Positions 27,601-41,494 of a DNA stretch of 64,000 bases are shown in pieces. Under the pieces are notes generated by a model, which saw only the letters and a program-made list of their open reading frames with translations, did no database searches and had not been told where the DNA came from. Both the position numbers and the translations under genes were made by a program. Positions within the stretch are counted from its first letter, which is position 1. Each line of letters opens with the position of its first letter. Source of the stretch: Botryllus schlosseri (Eukaryota); the NCBI GenBank assembly GCA_051294905.1, contig CM119372.1:19780001-19844000 (forward strand), read 5' to 3'.

Positions 27601-29187
27601 GTTCCGCTAGGTCCGCTGTTTAGTATTACATGTTCTGCTGTTCCGCGATCCGCCGTTTAGAGTTGCCCGATCCCACCCCGATTCCTAACTTTCTTCTCAA
27701 GACTCTGATTCCGACTCAACAATTATGGTATAAACTGCCCCAATACAGCAACGTAACAAAAATAGTGAGATCTACATCTTCACAATTCAGCACGGAATTG
27801 AGATGGTTCAACTGGGGAATGCTGTTCGTCAATGGATTATTCCACGTGCTACATCTTGTCCAAACCCACACAACGTATGACGCTACTGCACAAGACGTCG
27901 CCATGTCTAGCTCTCAGGTTACTTTCGCTCTGCTCACTACTTGTAGTATAGAGTTCGAACTATGGCATTGACAGGACTATTTTTAGGCATCTGTCATCAT
28001 GATGATATGCTTCATTCTACTAATCGAGTATAGAAACCGGGGCTTGGTGTTGATGTGGCCAAATCAAGAATCTACAGGAACAATCACAAACAAACTGCGA
28101 CTGAATCCCGGGCCTCTCCAGCTGGTTAGAAAGTATGGCAGGACTATATGCATGTAGATCATCGCACTGTTATTATAACTTTTCCACAATTAGATATCAC
28201 GGGTATGCATTCGCCTGGGCGTGCATCTATACCTTCTGGTACCATCCGATGGAAAATACTTGGGGTCATACACTTGGATTTTTTCATACCGCGATCGTGC
28301 TACTACAAGGCAGTCTCGCTTTTACAGAAATACATCTGAACAGGTAGTATATGATATTCTGATATGTATTCTGTATTCTGATGTATCTATGACATTTTGA
28401 AGATATTGGCGTCTGCTGAATGAGTGTTGGGTGTTCTTTCACGCGACCACAATCGCTATTCAAACGGGAAACCCAGAATTGCCAAGCAGAAGCGATTTAT
28501 GGCCGATATTCACTTTTGGATTCGGATTTATGCTTGCTTTCACTCAGGTACACAACGTAGCAATATAGTGCCACTATTTTGGTATGCTGTTTATCCATCA
28601 TCTTATTTCAATCGCAGATATTTAATCTTCCATTCTGGAAAAAGATTTCCGCTTGGTTCCGGGTATTACCACCGATCCTGTTTCTGTCCAGCGTGATAGC
28701 ACTATGTGCAACAATAGTTGCGGGCAGAGATGGTGCCAGCGGGTTTTCAAGGATGCTGGACATGATCTTCATACCATCTCAAATCTACCTACAAGCGATT
28801 CTGTCGTGGTTCTTTCTGTACATATTCATACGAATCCAATCATGCTTGAAGCCCGAAAACATGAGTGATGATTCTGGCAAAAGTTCGAAAACTTATGTGC
28901 ACTCCTCCCCAATTAAACAAACTTTATATTTATGCGGTTCTATGGTAATTTATGCGTTAATGATACTTGGATCGTTCCTCTTCGAGAAAGCTGATTTGAC
29001 TTACAATTTAACAAACGCTATGATTCTTTTTACCGCTATATTTTCACTTGGTGCTTGTATCGGCATGATGTTCCTGGAACAACTAATAGGACAAGCAAAA
29101 CCTATTTGCAAGAATAGGAGTAATAAAGTAGAAGATTCATTTAGTGAAGAGTTTGACAACAAAGCATTTGAAGGAGAGAAATTATAG
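21613..29187 (+). CDS. Uncharacterised His-rich multi-pass membrane protein, paralog A (506 aa)
   Basis: Exons 21613-21694, 21775-21885, 22354-22543, 27791-27917, 27987-28132, 28194-28343, 28403-28547, 28618-29187 (1521 nt, open frame, all GT..AG). Starts MAVRQDVVALLSGLTFIIFLLGMMWLWG; exon-by-exon homology to paralog B. Confidence 0.9.
23052..25390 (-). mobile_element. Charlie-like MITE expanded by nested insertions, in intron 3 of paralog A
   Basis: caggggtcgggaacct / aggttcccgaccactg; perfect TSD ACCTAGAG; reverse-strand homology to 4563-5695. Confidence 0.85.
23433..24392. repeat. Fold-back-like arrangement of a ~29-bp minisatellite (TATACCTGAAACACCACCTCA core)
   Basis: Tandem array ~23986-24392 with inverted copies at 23433-23550. 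Confidence 0.8.
26956..27203 (+). repeat. ~52-bp minisatellite (ccggacatcatgtytggggtrtgtttggagtgtgttggtactg..), about 5 units, plus ~1.3 units at 25823-25893
   Basis: Direct visual alignment of units. Confidence 0.85.
27330..27665 (+). repeat. GC-rich compound tandem repeat (TCCGC core, ~110-bp higher-order unit x3)
   Basis: Recurring ccgctcggtccgc / ccgccgtttag / ttgagctattt.gttatggtc. Confidence 0.75.
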
Positions 29188-30540
29188 GCAATACTTCTTC
29201 GCTTTTCGTTCACGTGCATTTATTCTATGCTTTTGTTGTACATTTATATGATGCTATAAATACAAATACTTTATTTGAAGCTTAAATATCTGGTATGTTG
29301 ATTATCTGGACAGAAAACGTATTCAGGCACTGTTAGGGATCCATTTACCGATAATATTAATATCATTATCGTCAACTATACCAAATGCCACGAATCCCAG
29401 CAGCTGGTAACCTGATTACATCGACCGACTCTAATTAATTATATTATTGAATTATATTGAATAATTTGAAAATATATTGAAGTCCGCGGATCAGAAGCCC
29501 GTCAGTCCAATGTTTTCAGAAGGCTTATATCCGGATTATGCAATCAGATCCAGATCCAACTTTTCAGCAACATTTTGACGTTACATAACGGACCCTGGGT
29601 CGAAAATTATGTTCGTAAATTATTGTAACCCAATAAGTGACACCTATAAAAACATAGCTGGCTCAGGACTTTTGGTTTGATGCCAGCACCATTACTTCCC
29701 CCTGTGGCCTTGCAATAACTCAATGCCGAGTCAACACACAAAGAGACTCAAGTCGAATCGAAATATTAACCATATCTAAAAACGACTTGAGACAAGCAGA
29801 CTCATCCAAGAATGGCGACTCGAGTCATTACAACCGTGGCCTGCTGGACTGCATAGACATGGTGTCCAATGGAAATATGAAATTCGTCAAACCGGGAAAA
29901 CCAATTAGTAAAATTAATGATTGTGATGTTGAGGCTAATACTGGTTACGTAACAATCGGAAGATTTACGCAAGTACGGCTAGCCGACTATACAGGGTAAT
30001 GAGGGTATTGAGATGGCGAGTATAGGAGCCTATGTATAGATATACCTACAACACTTAGGATGAGATTATGCTGCCAACCTGGCTTGAACCCCCACCTAAA
30101 ACTGTATAAAACTGTCTTCATTATTTAGAAATACCGATTATATTGAATTTTATTAATATTTATAGTGATTTATATTGCGACAGAGCTGTTTTTATTTCGC
30201 AGATAATGCTCAAACAGGAGATTATATTCAAAATAACCGCGGTTTATCTCCAAAACCAGAGCCAATTTCAAATAACTGACGCCATACTTATAGATTCAGT
30301 GCCCCCCCCTTCACGACTCAAAAGCACATTTCCTTGGCCTGCTTCAAAATATGTGCTGACCGGCAAAGTTAGTCATAGTAGCAAAGGTCACCGTAACTGC
30401 AGGCCAACAATGGTTGCGTATATATAATTTTTGCATTTGTATTGTAGTACAATATTACCAATACCTGCAGAAGTTTACCAAAAAAGAATTGCCATAATGT
30501 AAAGACATCGCCTTCAAATGATACATAAATATCTGACTAC

Positions 30541-31967
30541 AGAAATTTAGAGGCTCACGTTCACAAACGAACCTTGGTAGGTTCTGCACTGTGAACCTTT
30601 TTCATATATTACAATGTTCACTCCATTATAACATATTTGGTTGAAATTTATTGCATTTCAACTGCGGGCCACTCTATGCATGGCGCTGGAAGCGTAAAAA
30701 ACCAACAATAAACGAGCATGCATCTTGACATTCTCAAAAATTTTACTTGCTTTGGTACAAAAGTCTGCACGAAATATCCAGCTTTCCGTTTGTTAATATT
30801 TAGAGACTCTATGGTGTGAGATTGAACCGCATAATCAGACATCATCAATAGCGAAATAACCAACATGTAGGACGTAGGTAGTCAGTGAATGATGCTTATT
30901 CAACCAATCAAATTGATATCGTTGTCTGATGTAAAAAATCTAGCAGGCGTACGGGGAAAATCTTGACTTCATATATTTATTGTATCGTAAAATCCAAATC
31001 CGTGCGATTGGGGTGTTAGCTACTGCTGTATAACTTGTTAACGGGGTGATTCTCGTATAATTCCGTATGTGGTTGAATTTCTTTCATCGTGTAACGGCTA
31101 TTTGTAACTTCAGTGTCTTAGGCTATTCTGTTATTTGATCGTTTTAACTCCATTCTGAAATCTGTCATTATTTCATAAGACCTCCTCGTATCGTCGAGGT
31201 GCAAAGGCCGTCCGGCGATAAGCGCCTCATCTTTTTGTTTAATAAACAACAACAACAACAACAACAACAGCATCGGTACCAAGTATAGACACCCGTTTTA
31301 CACTCTGCTTAATATCAACGTAGCAATACTCCGGTCCGGTCCGGTTTTAAGTAAATATTATATCGTTTTATTGCCGCAGTTGATTAGGATTACCATATTT
31401 TGGGATCGGGAAAGGAGGACACTTGGTCAACATTTTCAAACTACGGAAATCCTGAAAAAATGGTCAATTTTTTACCAGTGGTACGTCTGTTGATTAAAAA
31501 AAGGTCAACTTTCCGGCTCAGCTCCCGAAATACCCGCCGGAGCGTTACTTCGGTGCTGATTTACGGTATCTCAGTCGAATTTGGCCGTAAATGTGACCAA
31601 AATTCTGAAAAAGAGGACAAAATCTCAAAAAGGACGACATCTAGGCGTCCTCGGAGGAGATATTCAAAAAACCTAAAAAGGAGGACAAATCGTCCTAAAG
31701 GAGGACGTATGGTAACCCTACAGTTGATACATTTGACAACGTTTAAAACGTCAATATGTTTTTCAGCATTGTCACATTATGTGGCCCGAGTCGTCCCTAG
31801 ACGTGCATACATTAATATAGGCTATCACTTCACTGAAATGTGGGGTTGGAATTGGCAATATGACGTCACGTGACGTCATGAGGTTCACGGTCGCGTTCAC
31901 ACAGAAATTTTCAAAAAGGTTCACGTTCACACGAGCCTGAACCTTTCAGAGGTTCACGCCATCACTG
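30541..31967 (+). mobile_element. Ac-like MITE, left-truncated, with a nested retroposon 3' end (~31050-31268, (AAC)n tail) and a nested MITE
   Basis: Homologous to 18640-19567; ends ggttcacgccatcactg. Confidence 0.8.
31385..31720. mobile_element. hAT-like MITE (TAGGGTTACCATA-type TIR, GAGGAC repeats)
   Basis: taggattaccata / tatggtaacccta; perfect TSD CAGTTGAT. Confidence 0.88.
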
Positions 31968-34690
31968 CAACATAATACGGTGCGTGGATTTTATGATGAA
32001 ATTTGTGTACAGTTCAGGCATCGTTCCCACGGTTCTGTTTTGACAACATCTGCTGAAACTGCATGGTGCGCACTGCTTTGATGTCATATAGGCCTGACCA
32101 GGTGGAGACTCATCGTGTCACCACACAGCCAAAACACTTATTATTATTTGATAACCTACACTCCATTCTGAGTGAATAATTTTGGTGTGTGTTGCGGCTC
32201 TTTTAAAACTAAGGTTTGTGATATGTGGCTGGAGCATGAAACATGTCTGGCCGTCTGGCCACTCCTGGTCTATACTGTTCGGGGACAGGCTATTACCAAG
32301 GCGTGTGATTATTCTTGAATATCTTCATTCTTCGTTCCGAGGTGACACCAAGTAGCAGTGTTTTATCACGGCGGTGCGGAAATCTATACACGAACATTAC
32401 AAAATTACACCTCAATGATTTAACCTATAGCGACGTGGATGTCATATTCATTGCCATTTGCCGAATATATATTCATTGTGTTTTTGCGTTCTCCGTTCAC
32501 GCTCGAGGTCAGTCACTCAGACTAAATTTATTTTCGAGCCGCAGGCGATCTACATTTCGCAGGAGCTGTTATGTAAGCCGTTTCATCACCATAATCGATA
32601 TCAGCAAAATGATCAGATTACCGTAACGATAAGATGCGCAGAAAGCTTTGCGATTGTGTAGATACTGATTCAATCTATTGATATATTTGTCTAATTGAGA
32701 TTTTATAGATTGCGGAAGCGTGGAGTTTACGAGCAAAGGTCATTGAAGAGAGTTATCAGTAGGGCTGGATAGTAGGTACTAGGTACAATGATTGTAGTAC
32801 TAAAATCTTAATCGAGTATTAATTCTAATAATTGGATTCGAGTAGTGAGATATGATTTCCGAGTACTGATATTACTATAGGCCCCTTGCCACTAACAAAA
32901 AGTGTTTCGATAGCATTTCCCATGCGAACATCGATTTGCCGTATCGCAGCATGTGAACATAGTGCCAGTACAAAGCTAGGCACGTTATCGGCAGTTAAAT
33001 GAAGTCATGACTAAAACGAGAAACACATTACCTATTACATAATCATTACATAATGAAAATGATGCAGAGGCTCGGACATAGGCACGGCTTCTGTGAAAAC
33101 TGAATAGTGAATAGCACTGCGGTCTACACCATTTTGCGGCAAATTGTGTTTCAGTCCGTGTTATCTAATTCTGGGGCGCTGAATCCGAATGTGGCGTTAT
33201 TTTGTTTCTATCGCGTTACGTTGTTGAGATAATATATATGTTAATTATAATAAAATGTAAAATAAAGTAATGAAATGTTCCTCAAATCGTCCTTAAATGT
33301 AGAGGTTGTTTTAATCAGAAGTCGGGAATTTTCGTTTTGATAACCTTTGTTCGTAAGCATAGTGGTGTAACTTTCCCTCTTCAAGTTCCACCAATGATGT
33401 ACCACTATGAGTATAGGCATGATTAAATTTTGGCATATGCCAAATATAAAAAATAGCTTGTTTTTGGCATTTTGGGCAGTTTAGACATAGCCATGAATTT
33501 ATATTTGCATACCCGCATTAACCATGTAAAGCGATTTAGTCTGGCCTATCATATCAAACGAATGTCACAAAACGTGCAGTATCCAATCTATGTCATCAAA
33601 CCTTTATAAACATCTAAATTTTCATGAAGTCATATTTTGGCATTTTCGAAATTTTATTTTTGGCAGTTTTGGAATTTTCCAAAAATAAAATAATACCTGA
33701 TTATGTGACGGTTCCGTCGGCCATAGTTCTTTCATACCCACGCATGGTTATTTGAGGCATTTTGAGAACCAGATTCCCAATCTTCTCAAAATAAAATTTT
33801 CAACAGGTGATTGTCCCAGGATTAATCAAGTGAAAGCTACTTCCAATCTGGTCAGGTCACTGAAAATATTTGAAAATCGCCCTCAAAGATTGAGATTGGC
33901 ATTGTTACGACAATCTCATATTCGGTTTTGCCCAGCCTATAATGGTTACGAGATGTTACAAAATATTTATGTACGATCGTGCGTATAGTAGGTGCTGTTT
34001 GCCTCAGTGGGTCTATTCAAACGATAAGTTCTATCTCTTGAGATTCTATTTGAACAAAGACGTGCAGCAAACTAAACAAATGAGATGATATATCCTGACC
34101 CTTTGTTACACATTGGACAGAATAAAGCTGTCCATATACGTCTATAGACCAGTGGTTCTCAGCCGGGGGTCCGCGAAGCATTTTCATGGCTTCCGTAAAG
34201 CCTCCAAATAGTTGATAACCTAATTTGTATTTTTTTAAATTAGGAAAATCAAGAGGCAGTTTCGCTTCATTACTAGTAAAATTCCAGAGCTCACATCAAC
34301 AGAATGGCCATCTGAGGCGACATATCCTACTATGCAGACTCTTTTTAATTGCAAAATTGCCAATAGCCCACTGATACAAACATTTTGCTGTTTAGAGATG
34401 TTTTGTTGGGGATCGTGGAAAAAGAGTTGGATGAATAACGTCAATCACGGTGACTACGATATGTATACAAAAATCCATTTTCTCCTGCATGTGATATACA
34501 CAACCATTTTCCGTAATAACTTCAAGATAAGCTGCTAGATAGAAACGACCGGGGTTGACGCTATATATTCATTAAAAAAATTATTTGACAATTTTGGTGC
34601 CATATTTGTTGAGATCTTACCCAAATGTGTCGTCGGAAGCGTTACGCGTTATTATTACATTTTTCACAACCTATAGCAGTGGTTGTTAAC

Positions 34691-36872
34691 CAGAGGTGGT
34701 CAGTAGGGATGGTGTGAACGTGAGGTTCACGTTCGCGTTCTGTGTGTGAACCTCGGAAAATTTGAGGTTCGCGTTCACAACAGAACCTTGGTAGGTTCTG
34801 CACTGTGAACCTTTTTCATATATTGCAATTTTCACTTCATTATAATATCTTTGGTTCAAATTTATTGACTTTCAACTGCGGGCCACTCTATGCATGGAGC
34901 TGACAGCATAAACATTCAACACTAAACGAAAATGCCCTTGACAATCTCAAAAAATATTGTTACAAAAGTTTGCTCGAAATATCCAGCTTTCCGTTTGTAC
35001 ATAAATTTTGTCAGCGAATGATCCTAATTCAACCAATCAATGAGATTGATATCGTCTTCTGATGTAAAAATCTAGCAGGCGTACGGAGTCAATCTTGACT
35101 ACATATGTATTGTATACTCTATCATAAAAACCAAATCCGTGGGACTGGGATGTTGGCTATACTGCTGTATAACTTGTTAATGGGGTAATATCGGTAGCAA
35201 GTATAGAAACCCATTTTACACTCTGCGTAATATACATGTGGCAATACTCAGACGCCGAATACATTGTCCGATCAGGTCGAAATTTATGGCCAAGCGACGC
35301 AAGATTCTGATTTTATGGGATTATTATATCATTTGATTGCCTCAGTTGATACATTAGGCGACGTTTAAGACGTCAATATGTATACTTAAGTACTGAGCTA
35401 TTATGTGGCCCCGAGTCGTCGCTCGGTATCGTGTACAGTAGATTAATATAGGCAATCACCTAAGTGAAATATGGGGTTTATATTAGCAATATGACGTCAC
35501 GTGACGTCATAAGGTTCACGTTCGTGTTCACACAGAACCTTTCAAAAAGGTTCACGTTCACACGAACCTGAACCTTTCAGAGGTTCACACCATCCCTAGT
35601 GGTCAGTAACGAAGTACTTCTACTTTTTGGAAGTACTCAAGTAGTTTTCCTCGACGTCTGGTACTTACTGAAGTAGACCTGATTTTCTCTACTTCTACTT
35701 CTACTTCGTAATATTTTGTGATCTACTTACTTACTTTTCGCTATTTTCAGTTTATCAAGTAGAAGTAGTTTAATCCCCTAATTTGAAAGATAGCTTGAGG
35801 AATTTTCGGGGCTGTTTTTACTGAGTACCAACATTTATTATTCATAAAAGTCAAGTAAAGCCCAGAAATTTTGTTGCGCTTCACGCACAGTAGTTATGGA
35901 GGGACAAATATATTTCACGAAAGTATCAGTGAATATAATTTAGGTGCCGGATTGCTTGGTTACGCTCACACCGCATTGTCGCCCATATCAAATATTTCAT
36001 CACAGTAAATATGGCCCACCATGACGTTTGAAACTATCGTTTCGCAATCTAGCAATTACCTATATCATATCGTGATCAAGCAGCCATCCAGTGTCCTGCT
36101 AATATGGAAAATCTGGATTTTTTAACATTACACCTGTTTTAGCAGTTCAGCTTTGAAGTTTTATGCACAAAAGACATGACATATATTCTACACTTTTTAG
36201 AAGTGGTATTTGTATTTCACTTTGAAATCCGAGTATCATACTTTGAGTTCTGATTATTTTCAGTGCTATTGTCTGCAGAACATACACGTTGAAGCATAAA
36301 GGCAAGTGTATTATAATGCCTCTATTTTCCGAAAATAAAGCTACATCAAGTAGAAATTTCACGATCCACGATATTTATTATTATCGTTTACTAATCGCGC
36401 AAAGCGTTGGAACCGTATCCGATACAACTTCTCCGTATTGCTCTTCGCGTAAACTTGGGGCATTATAATATGGGGTAGGGCACCATGTCATGATATTCTC
36501 TAAAACGGAGTCTTCTAGTAAACAAAGGGTTAGTATCGCATTTTCATATCAATACTATAATTTGCACCCCATGATGCGAAAGAATGCTTATTCTGTCGAA
36601 AATTGATACCTCCCGGGATGCATCAATACGAATGTCTGCACCTTCCGCATAGCTCAATTTGCAGCTTTTGACAGTCCCTGCCAACGAATTAGGACTGTTT
36701 TCAAAACTACTTACTTACTGGAGTAGATCTAAAGTCAGTCAAATCTACTTCTACTTCAAGTAGTTTTGGATGGCTTATGGAATAAGTACTTCTACTCGTA
36801 CTTGAGTAGCTTTTTACGTCGCCACTTCTACTTCTACTTGAGTAGATTTCTTGACTACTTTGGCCACCTCTG
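34691..36872 (+). mobile_element. CAGAGG-terminus MITE interrupted in its left end by an Ac-like MITE
   Basis: cagaggtggtca / tggccacctctg; TSD TTGTTAAC/TTCTTAAC (1 mismatch). Confidence 0.85.
34704..35598 (+). mobile_element. hAT Ac-like MITE
   Basis: TAGGGATGGTGTGAAC TIRs; perfect TSD GTGGTCAG. Confidence 0.92.
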
Positions 36873-39191
36873 TTCTTAACCGGGGGTCTGCGGACCCCTG
36901 GAAGTCCGCGAAGCATTTTTAGGGGGTCAGCAAAGCCTCAAAATAGTTGATAAATTAATTTGTATTTTTGTAAGTAGGAAAATCACGAGGCAGTTTCGCT
37001 TCATTACTAGTAAAATTCCAGATCTCACATTAACAGAATGACCATCTGAGGCGAAATATCCTACTGTGCAGACTCATTTTAATTGCAAAATTGCCAATAG
37101 CCAACCCGAGCCAACTGATACAAACATTTTGCTGTTTAGAGATGTTTTGTTGGGGATTGTGGAAATAAATTTGGATGAATAACGTCGGTCACGGTGACTA
37201 AGATATGTGTACAAAATCCATTTTCTCCTGTGATATGCACAACCATTTTCCGTAATAACTTAAAGATAAGCTGCTGGATAGAAACGACCGGGCTGGACGT
37301 TATATGTTCATTAAAAAAATTATTTGACAATTTTGGTGCCATGTTTGTTGAGATCTTACCCAAATGTGTCTTATAGGAAGCGTCGAGGCCCCGGAAGCGT
37401 TATGCGTTATTGTTGCATTTTTTACAACCTATAGATTTGTTAGAATGGATTTTCGGCACTCGTTCATATCAAATCGAATGCGCGTATTTATAAGACACAA
37501 CCACGTATTTCGAGAAATGCAGCTGCAGAGTTTGCTTTAAAATAATAGAATTCAACCCAATTCGTACATAAAATAGTACGATCATATTTTCAAGAAAGGA
37601 CATTTCTTTGTTGTAATATCACAGAGCCTACACGCAGTTGTCATTTGCATTAGACAGATGACGATCGCACGATAATTGATGTAAATTTTAACTTCGTGGT
37701 GGTCCGCGGGGTCCGTGACGGCCCGAAAGTGGTCCGCGAAGACAAATAGGTCTAGGCGGTTTTTCACTGAACACAAATCAGTTATGTAATGTGCCAACTA
37801 CAGATAAAACGCTATAGCAAGATGTATCCATGTTTATATACTATTTTGCGTCATGTAGAAGCCGACCTCATGCTAAAGCGGTTAAGTTACTGATATGTGT
37901 ATCGTCGGTTGCAAGACTATTTGTCCAAATCAGTGGTTCCCAACCATTTTTGGTGTCACGGACCCCTTCAGAGAAAGTACTGATTCTGCGGACTCCTGCC
38001 TAAATTTTACTTGAACTGAAACTCAATGAACTTACTATTGACTATTCTAATAATAATCAGGACCGATACAGCATTTCGTCAGCCCCCCCCCCCCCCCCGC
38101 TTTTTGTTATCAGTAATATCTGATAGCAGAAGGTTTGTGCCTCGGTTGCTGAAACAAAAGTCTGGCATCTACAACATGTAGTATAATTGTTATCGCGCAG
38201 TCTGCACCTGTGTAGCATGTGTGGCTCGCACAGCGCGTTACCAACCGTCGCTGACGGAAATCGCCTAACTATACGATGTAAGTGTCACTCCCGCACGAAA
38301 AGGAGTATCGTGATGGTTTGTTTTGATCGACAAAACCAAATGTCTGTCATTACATAATTTGATTTATAGTTTCCCAACAAAGGATATCTCAGATATTGAG
38401 TTGCGCGTAGCGGCGAAAAAGTTCAAGTTTCCCCAGCCTATTATCGCGACACTACCGACAGATATGTGCCTTTGCATGAAACTTGAAACGACATTTCCGA
38501 AAATAACCTGCCCTCGCGGTTAGTTGAACTTAAATGCGTATTCAATGTGTGGTAGTTGCCGCCGCCGATATGCCGATTTCCCTAAAACATGCACATTTTC
38601 TCTTACTAATCATATTTAAATGTAGGACTGGAGGGACTCGCGCTAAATGCGACGAAACTTTTCAAGTTGAATACATCCCCTGCAACAAACAACCAAGTAA
38701 ATAATTTTGGGGCCTCTTTTGACTACCCCCGATTGGGGGTTTGGGGTGCGACAGTAATACGGCCCAGGAAGATCGTATAACTCCGGTGTACTTCCGCTGT
38801 TCCACTCACGTCGCGAACTCAATGATCCAATCCCCGCATCCACTGTGTGATTGTGGTTTTAGTTCCAGTATGGCGAGGAATAATATAACCATCCTTCAAA
38901 CAATTACTTGGTGAATGGGATACTACAGAGAAGTTGAGGAAGGATATTTTAATATGCTAGCTGTACAATGTACATAATACGTTTTATATCTATGTCAGAA
39001 CATTAACTCCAATGATACAATCAATTCATGCTATACACTTACATTATGTACATGACTTCAAGGTCGGACATTTCAGACCGACTCCAAAGATTAATGTGCT
39101 GCGCTAAATCCTTAATCCATTACTATTCGATGCGTATACTTCCACAGTAAGTTGATAATTGATAATAAATTGCGATTGTGGCTATATTTAT

Positions 39192-41494
39192 TAGGGATGG
39201 TGCAAACACTTGAAAGGTTCAGGTTCGTGTGAACGCGAACCTTTTTGAAAGGTTCTTTGTGAACGCGAACGTGAACCTATGACGTCACGTGACGTCATAT
39301 AGCTAATTCCAAACCTACATTTCAGTGAAATGATATAATGCTGTAGAAGTGCACGATATCTAGCGACGACTCAGACCACATATGCCACAATGCTGAAGTA
39401 CATGCTGGCTTTTTAAACGTCGCCAAATGTATGAAATGGAGCAATCAAATGCTATAATAATCCCATAAAATTAATATTTTCCGTCTTCTTTAAGACAATT
39501 TTGACGAGAACTTGCAAGGGAATATCACCTTATGCCTAGGCCAGACAGGACAATGGATTCGGCGTTTGACTATTGCTATATTGATATTGAGCGGAGTATA
39601 AAACTGGCAGAGGTGGTCAAAGTAGTCAAGAAAGCTACTCAAGTAGAAGTAGAAGTGGCCACGAAAAAATCTACTCAAGTACGAGTAGCAGTACTTCTTC
39701 AATAAGCCACCTAAAACTACTTGAAGTAGAAGTAGATTTGACTGACTTTAAATCTACTCAAGTAAGTAAGTAGTTTTGAAAGCAGTCCTAATTCGTTCGC
39801 ATGGACCGCCAAAAGCTGCGAATTGAGCTATGCGGAAGGTGCAGAGAGCTTGATTCGTATTGATGCATCCCAGGAGGAGGTATTAATATTCGACGGATAA
39901 GCATTTTTTTCGCATCACGGGATGCGAATTATAGTATTGATATGAAAATGCGATACTAACCCTTTGTTTACTGGAAGAATATCATGACATGGCACCCTAC
40001 CTCATATTATAAGGCCCCAAGTTTAGGCGCAGAGCAATACGTAGAAGTTTTATCGTATACGGTTTCATCACTTTGCGCGATTAGTATACGTTAATAAAAA
40101 ATATTGTCGACCGTAAAAGTTATATTTAGTGTAGCTTTAGTTTCGGAAAATAGAGGCATTACTACACTTGCTTTTATGCTTCAACGTGTAGGCTATGTTC
40201 TGCAGACAAAAGAACTGCAAGTAATTAGAACTCAAAGTATGATACTCGCAATTGAAAGTGAAATACAAATACCACTTCTAAAATGCGGAAACTATATTTC
40301 ATGTTTTTCCATAAACCTTCAAAGGTGATCTGCTAAAACAGGTGTAACGTTCAAAACAGCTGGATTTTCCAGATTCGCAAGACACGTATTGGGCTGCTAG
40401 ATTACGATATGATTGGTAATTGCTAGATTGCGAAATGGTAGTTTCAAACGTTGTGGTGGGCCATCTCTACTGTGATGAAATATTTGATATGGGCGACAAT
40501 GCAGTGTGAGCGGAACCAAGCAATCCCGTAGCTAATTATATTATATTCCTGAAAACATATTTGTCACTTCATTACTACTGTGCACGAAGCGCAACAAAAT
40601 TTCTAGGCTTTACTTGACTTTTATGAATATTAAATGTTGGTACTCCGTGAAAACAGCCCCGAAATTCCTAAGGCTATCTTCCGTAGTGGGGGATTAAACT
40701 ACTTCTACTTGACAAACTGAAAATAGCGAAAAGTAAGTAAGTAGATCACAAAATATTACGAAGTAGAAGTAGAAGTAGAGAAAATCAGATCTACTTGAGT
40801 AAGTACCAGTAGTAGAGGAAAACTAGTTGAGTACTTCCAAAAAGTAGAAGTACTTCGTTACTGATCACCTCTGAAAACTGGTTTCTGTACTTGCTACCGA
40901 TATTACCCCATTGACAAGTTGTACAGCAGACAACACCTCAATCGCACGGATTTGGTTTTTATGCTGCAATAGACCAGGGATATATATATCCCTGCAATAG
41001 ACATATGAAATCAAGATGGATACGTACGCCTGCGGATTCTTTTACACCAGACAACGATGTATGTTTCATATCAATATCATTGATTAGTTGAATAAGCATC
41101 ATTCGCTGACTACCTACATATAGTGTATTTCGTTATTGATGTTGTGTGATTGCGGGTCAAGCTCACAGGAGGGAGTCACTAAATATTTACAAACGGAAAG
41201 CTAAATATTTCGAGAACATTTTTGTAATAACGCATGTAAAATTTTTGAGATCGGCAAGGTGTATGCTCGTTTATTGTTCATATTTTTTATGCTGCCAGCA
41301 CCATGCATAGAGTGGTCCGAAGTTGAAATGCAAAGAATTTCAACCAAAGATGCTACAATGACGCGAAAATTGTAATGTATGAAGAAGGTTCACAGTGCAG
41401 AACCTACGAAGGTTCGTTTCTGAACGTGAACCTCTAAATTTCCGAGATTCACACACTTAACGCGAACGTGAACCTCACGTTCACACCATCCCTA
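39192..41494 (-). mobile_element. hAT Ac-like MITE containing a CAGAGG element
   Basis: tagggatggtgcaaac..gttcacaccatcccta; reverse homology to 18580-19567; no matching TSD. Confidence 0.85.
39608..40873 (-). mobile_element. CAGAGG-terminus MITE, uninterrupted (1266 bp)
   Basis: cagaggtggtca / tgatcacctctg; perfect TSD AAAACTGG; reverse-complement homolog of 35599-36872. Confidence 0.9.

Larger units (their letters stand above)
34150..37770 (-). mobile_element. Charlie-like GCGGACCCC-family MITE with a tandem partial duplicate (34150-34676 vs 34677/36873-37435), host of nested elements
   Basis: Both blocks start cagtggtt; ~500 bp of highly similar sequence at 34170-34676 and 36905-37435; reverse homology to 48324-49313. 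Confidence 0.75.

Noticed and set aside
23986..27665. CRISPR-like regular repeats
   Set aside because: Units are contiguous minisatellites without unique spacers, there are no cas genes, and the context is a eukaryotic intron
31400..31873. 157-aa ORF
   Set aside because: Spans a MITE and its host MITE; no protein motif
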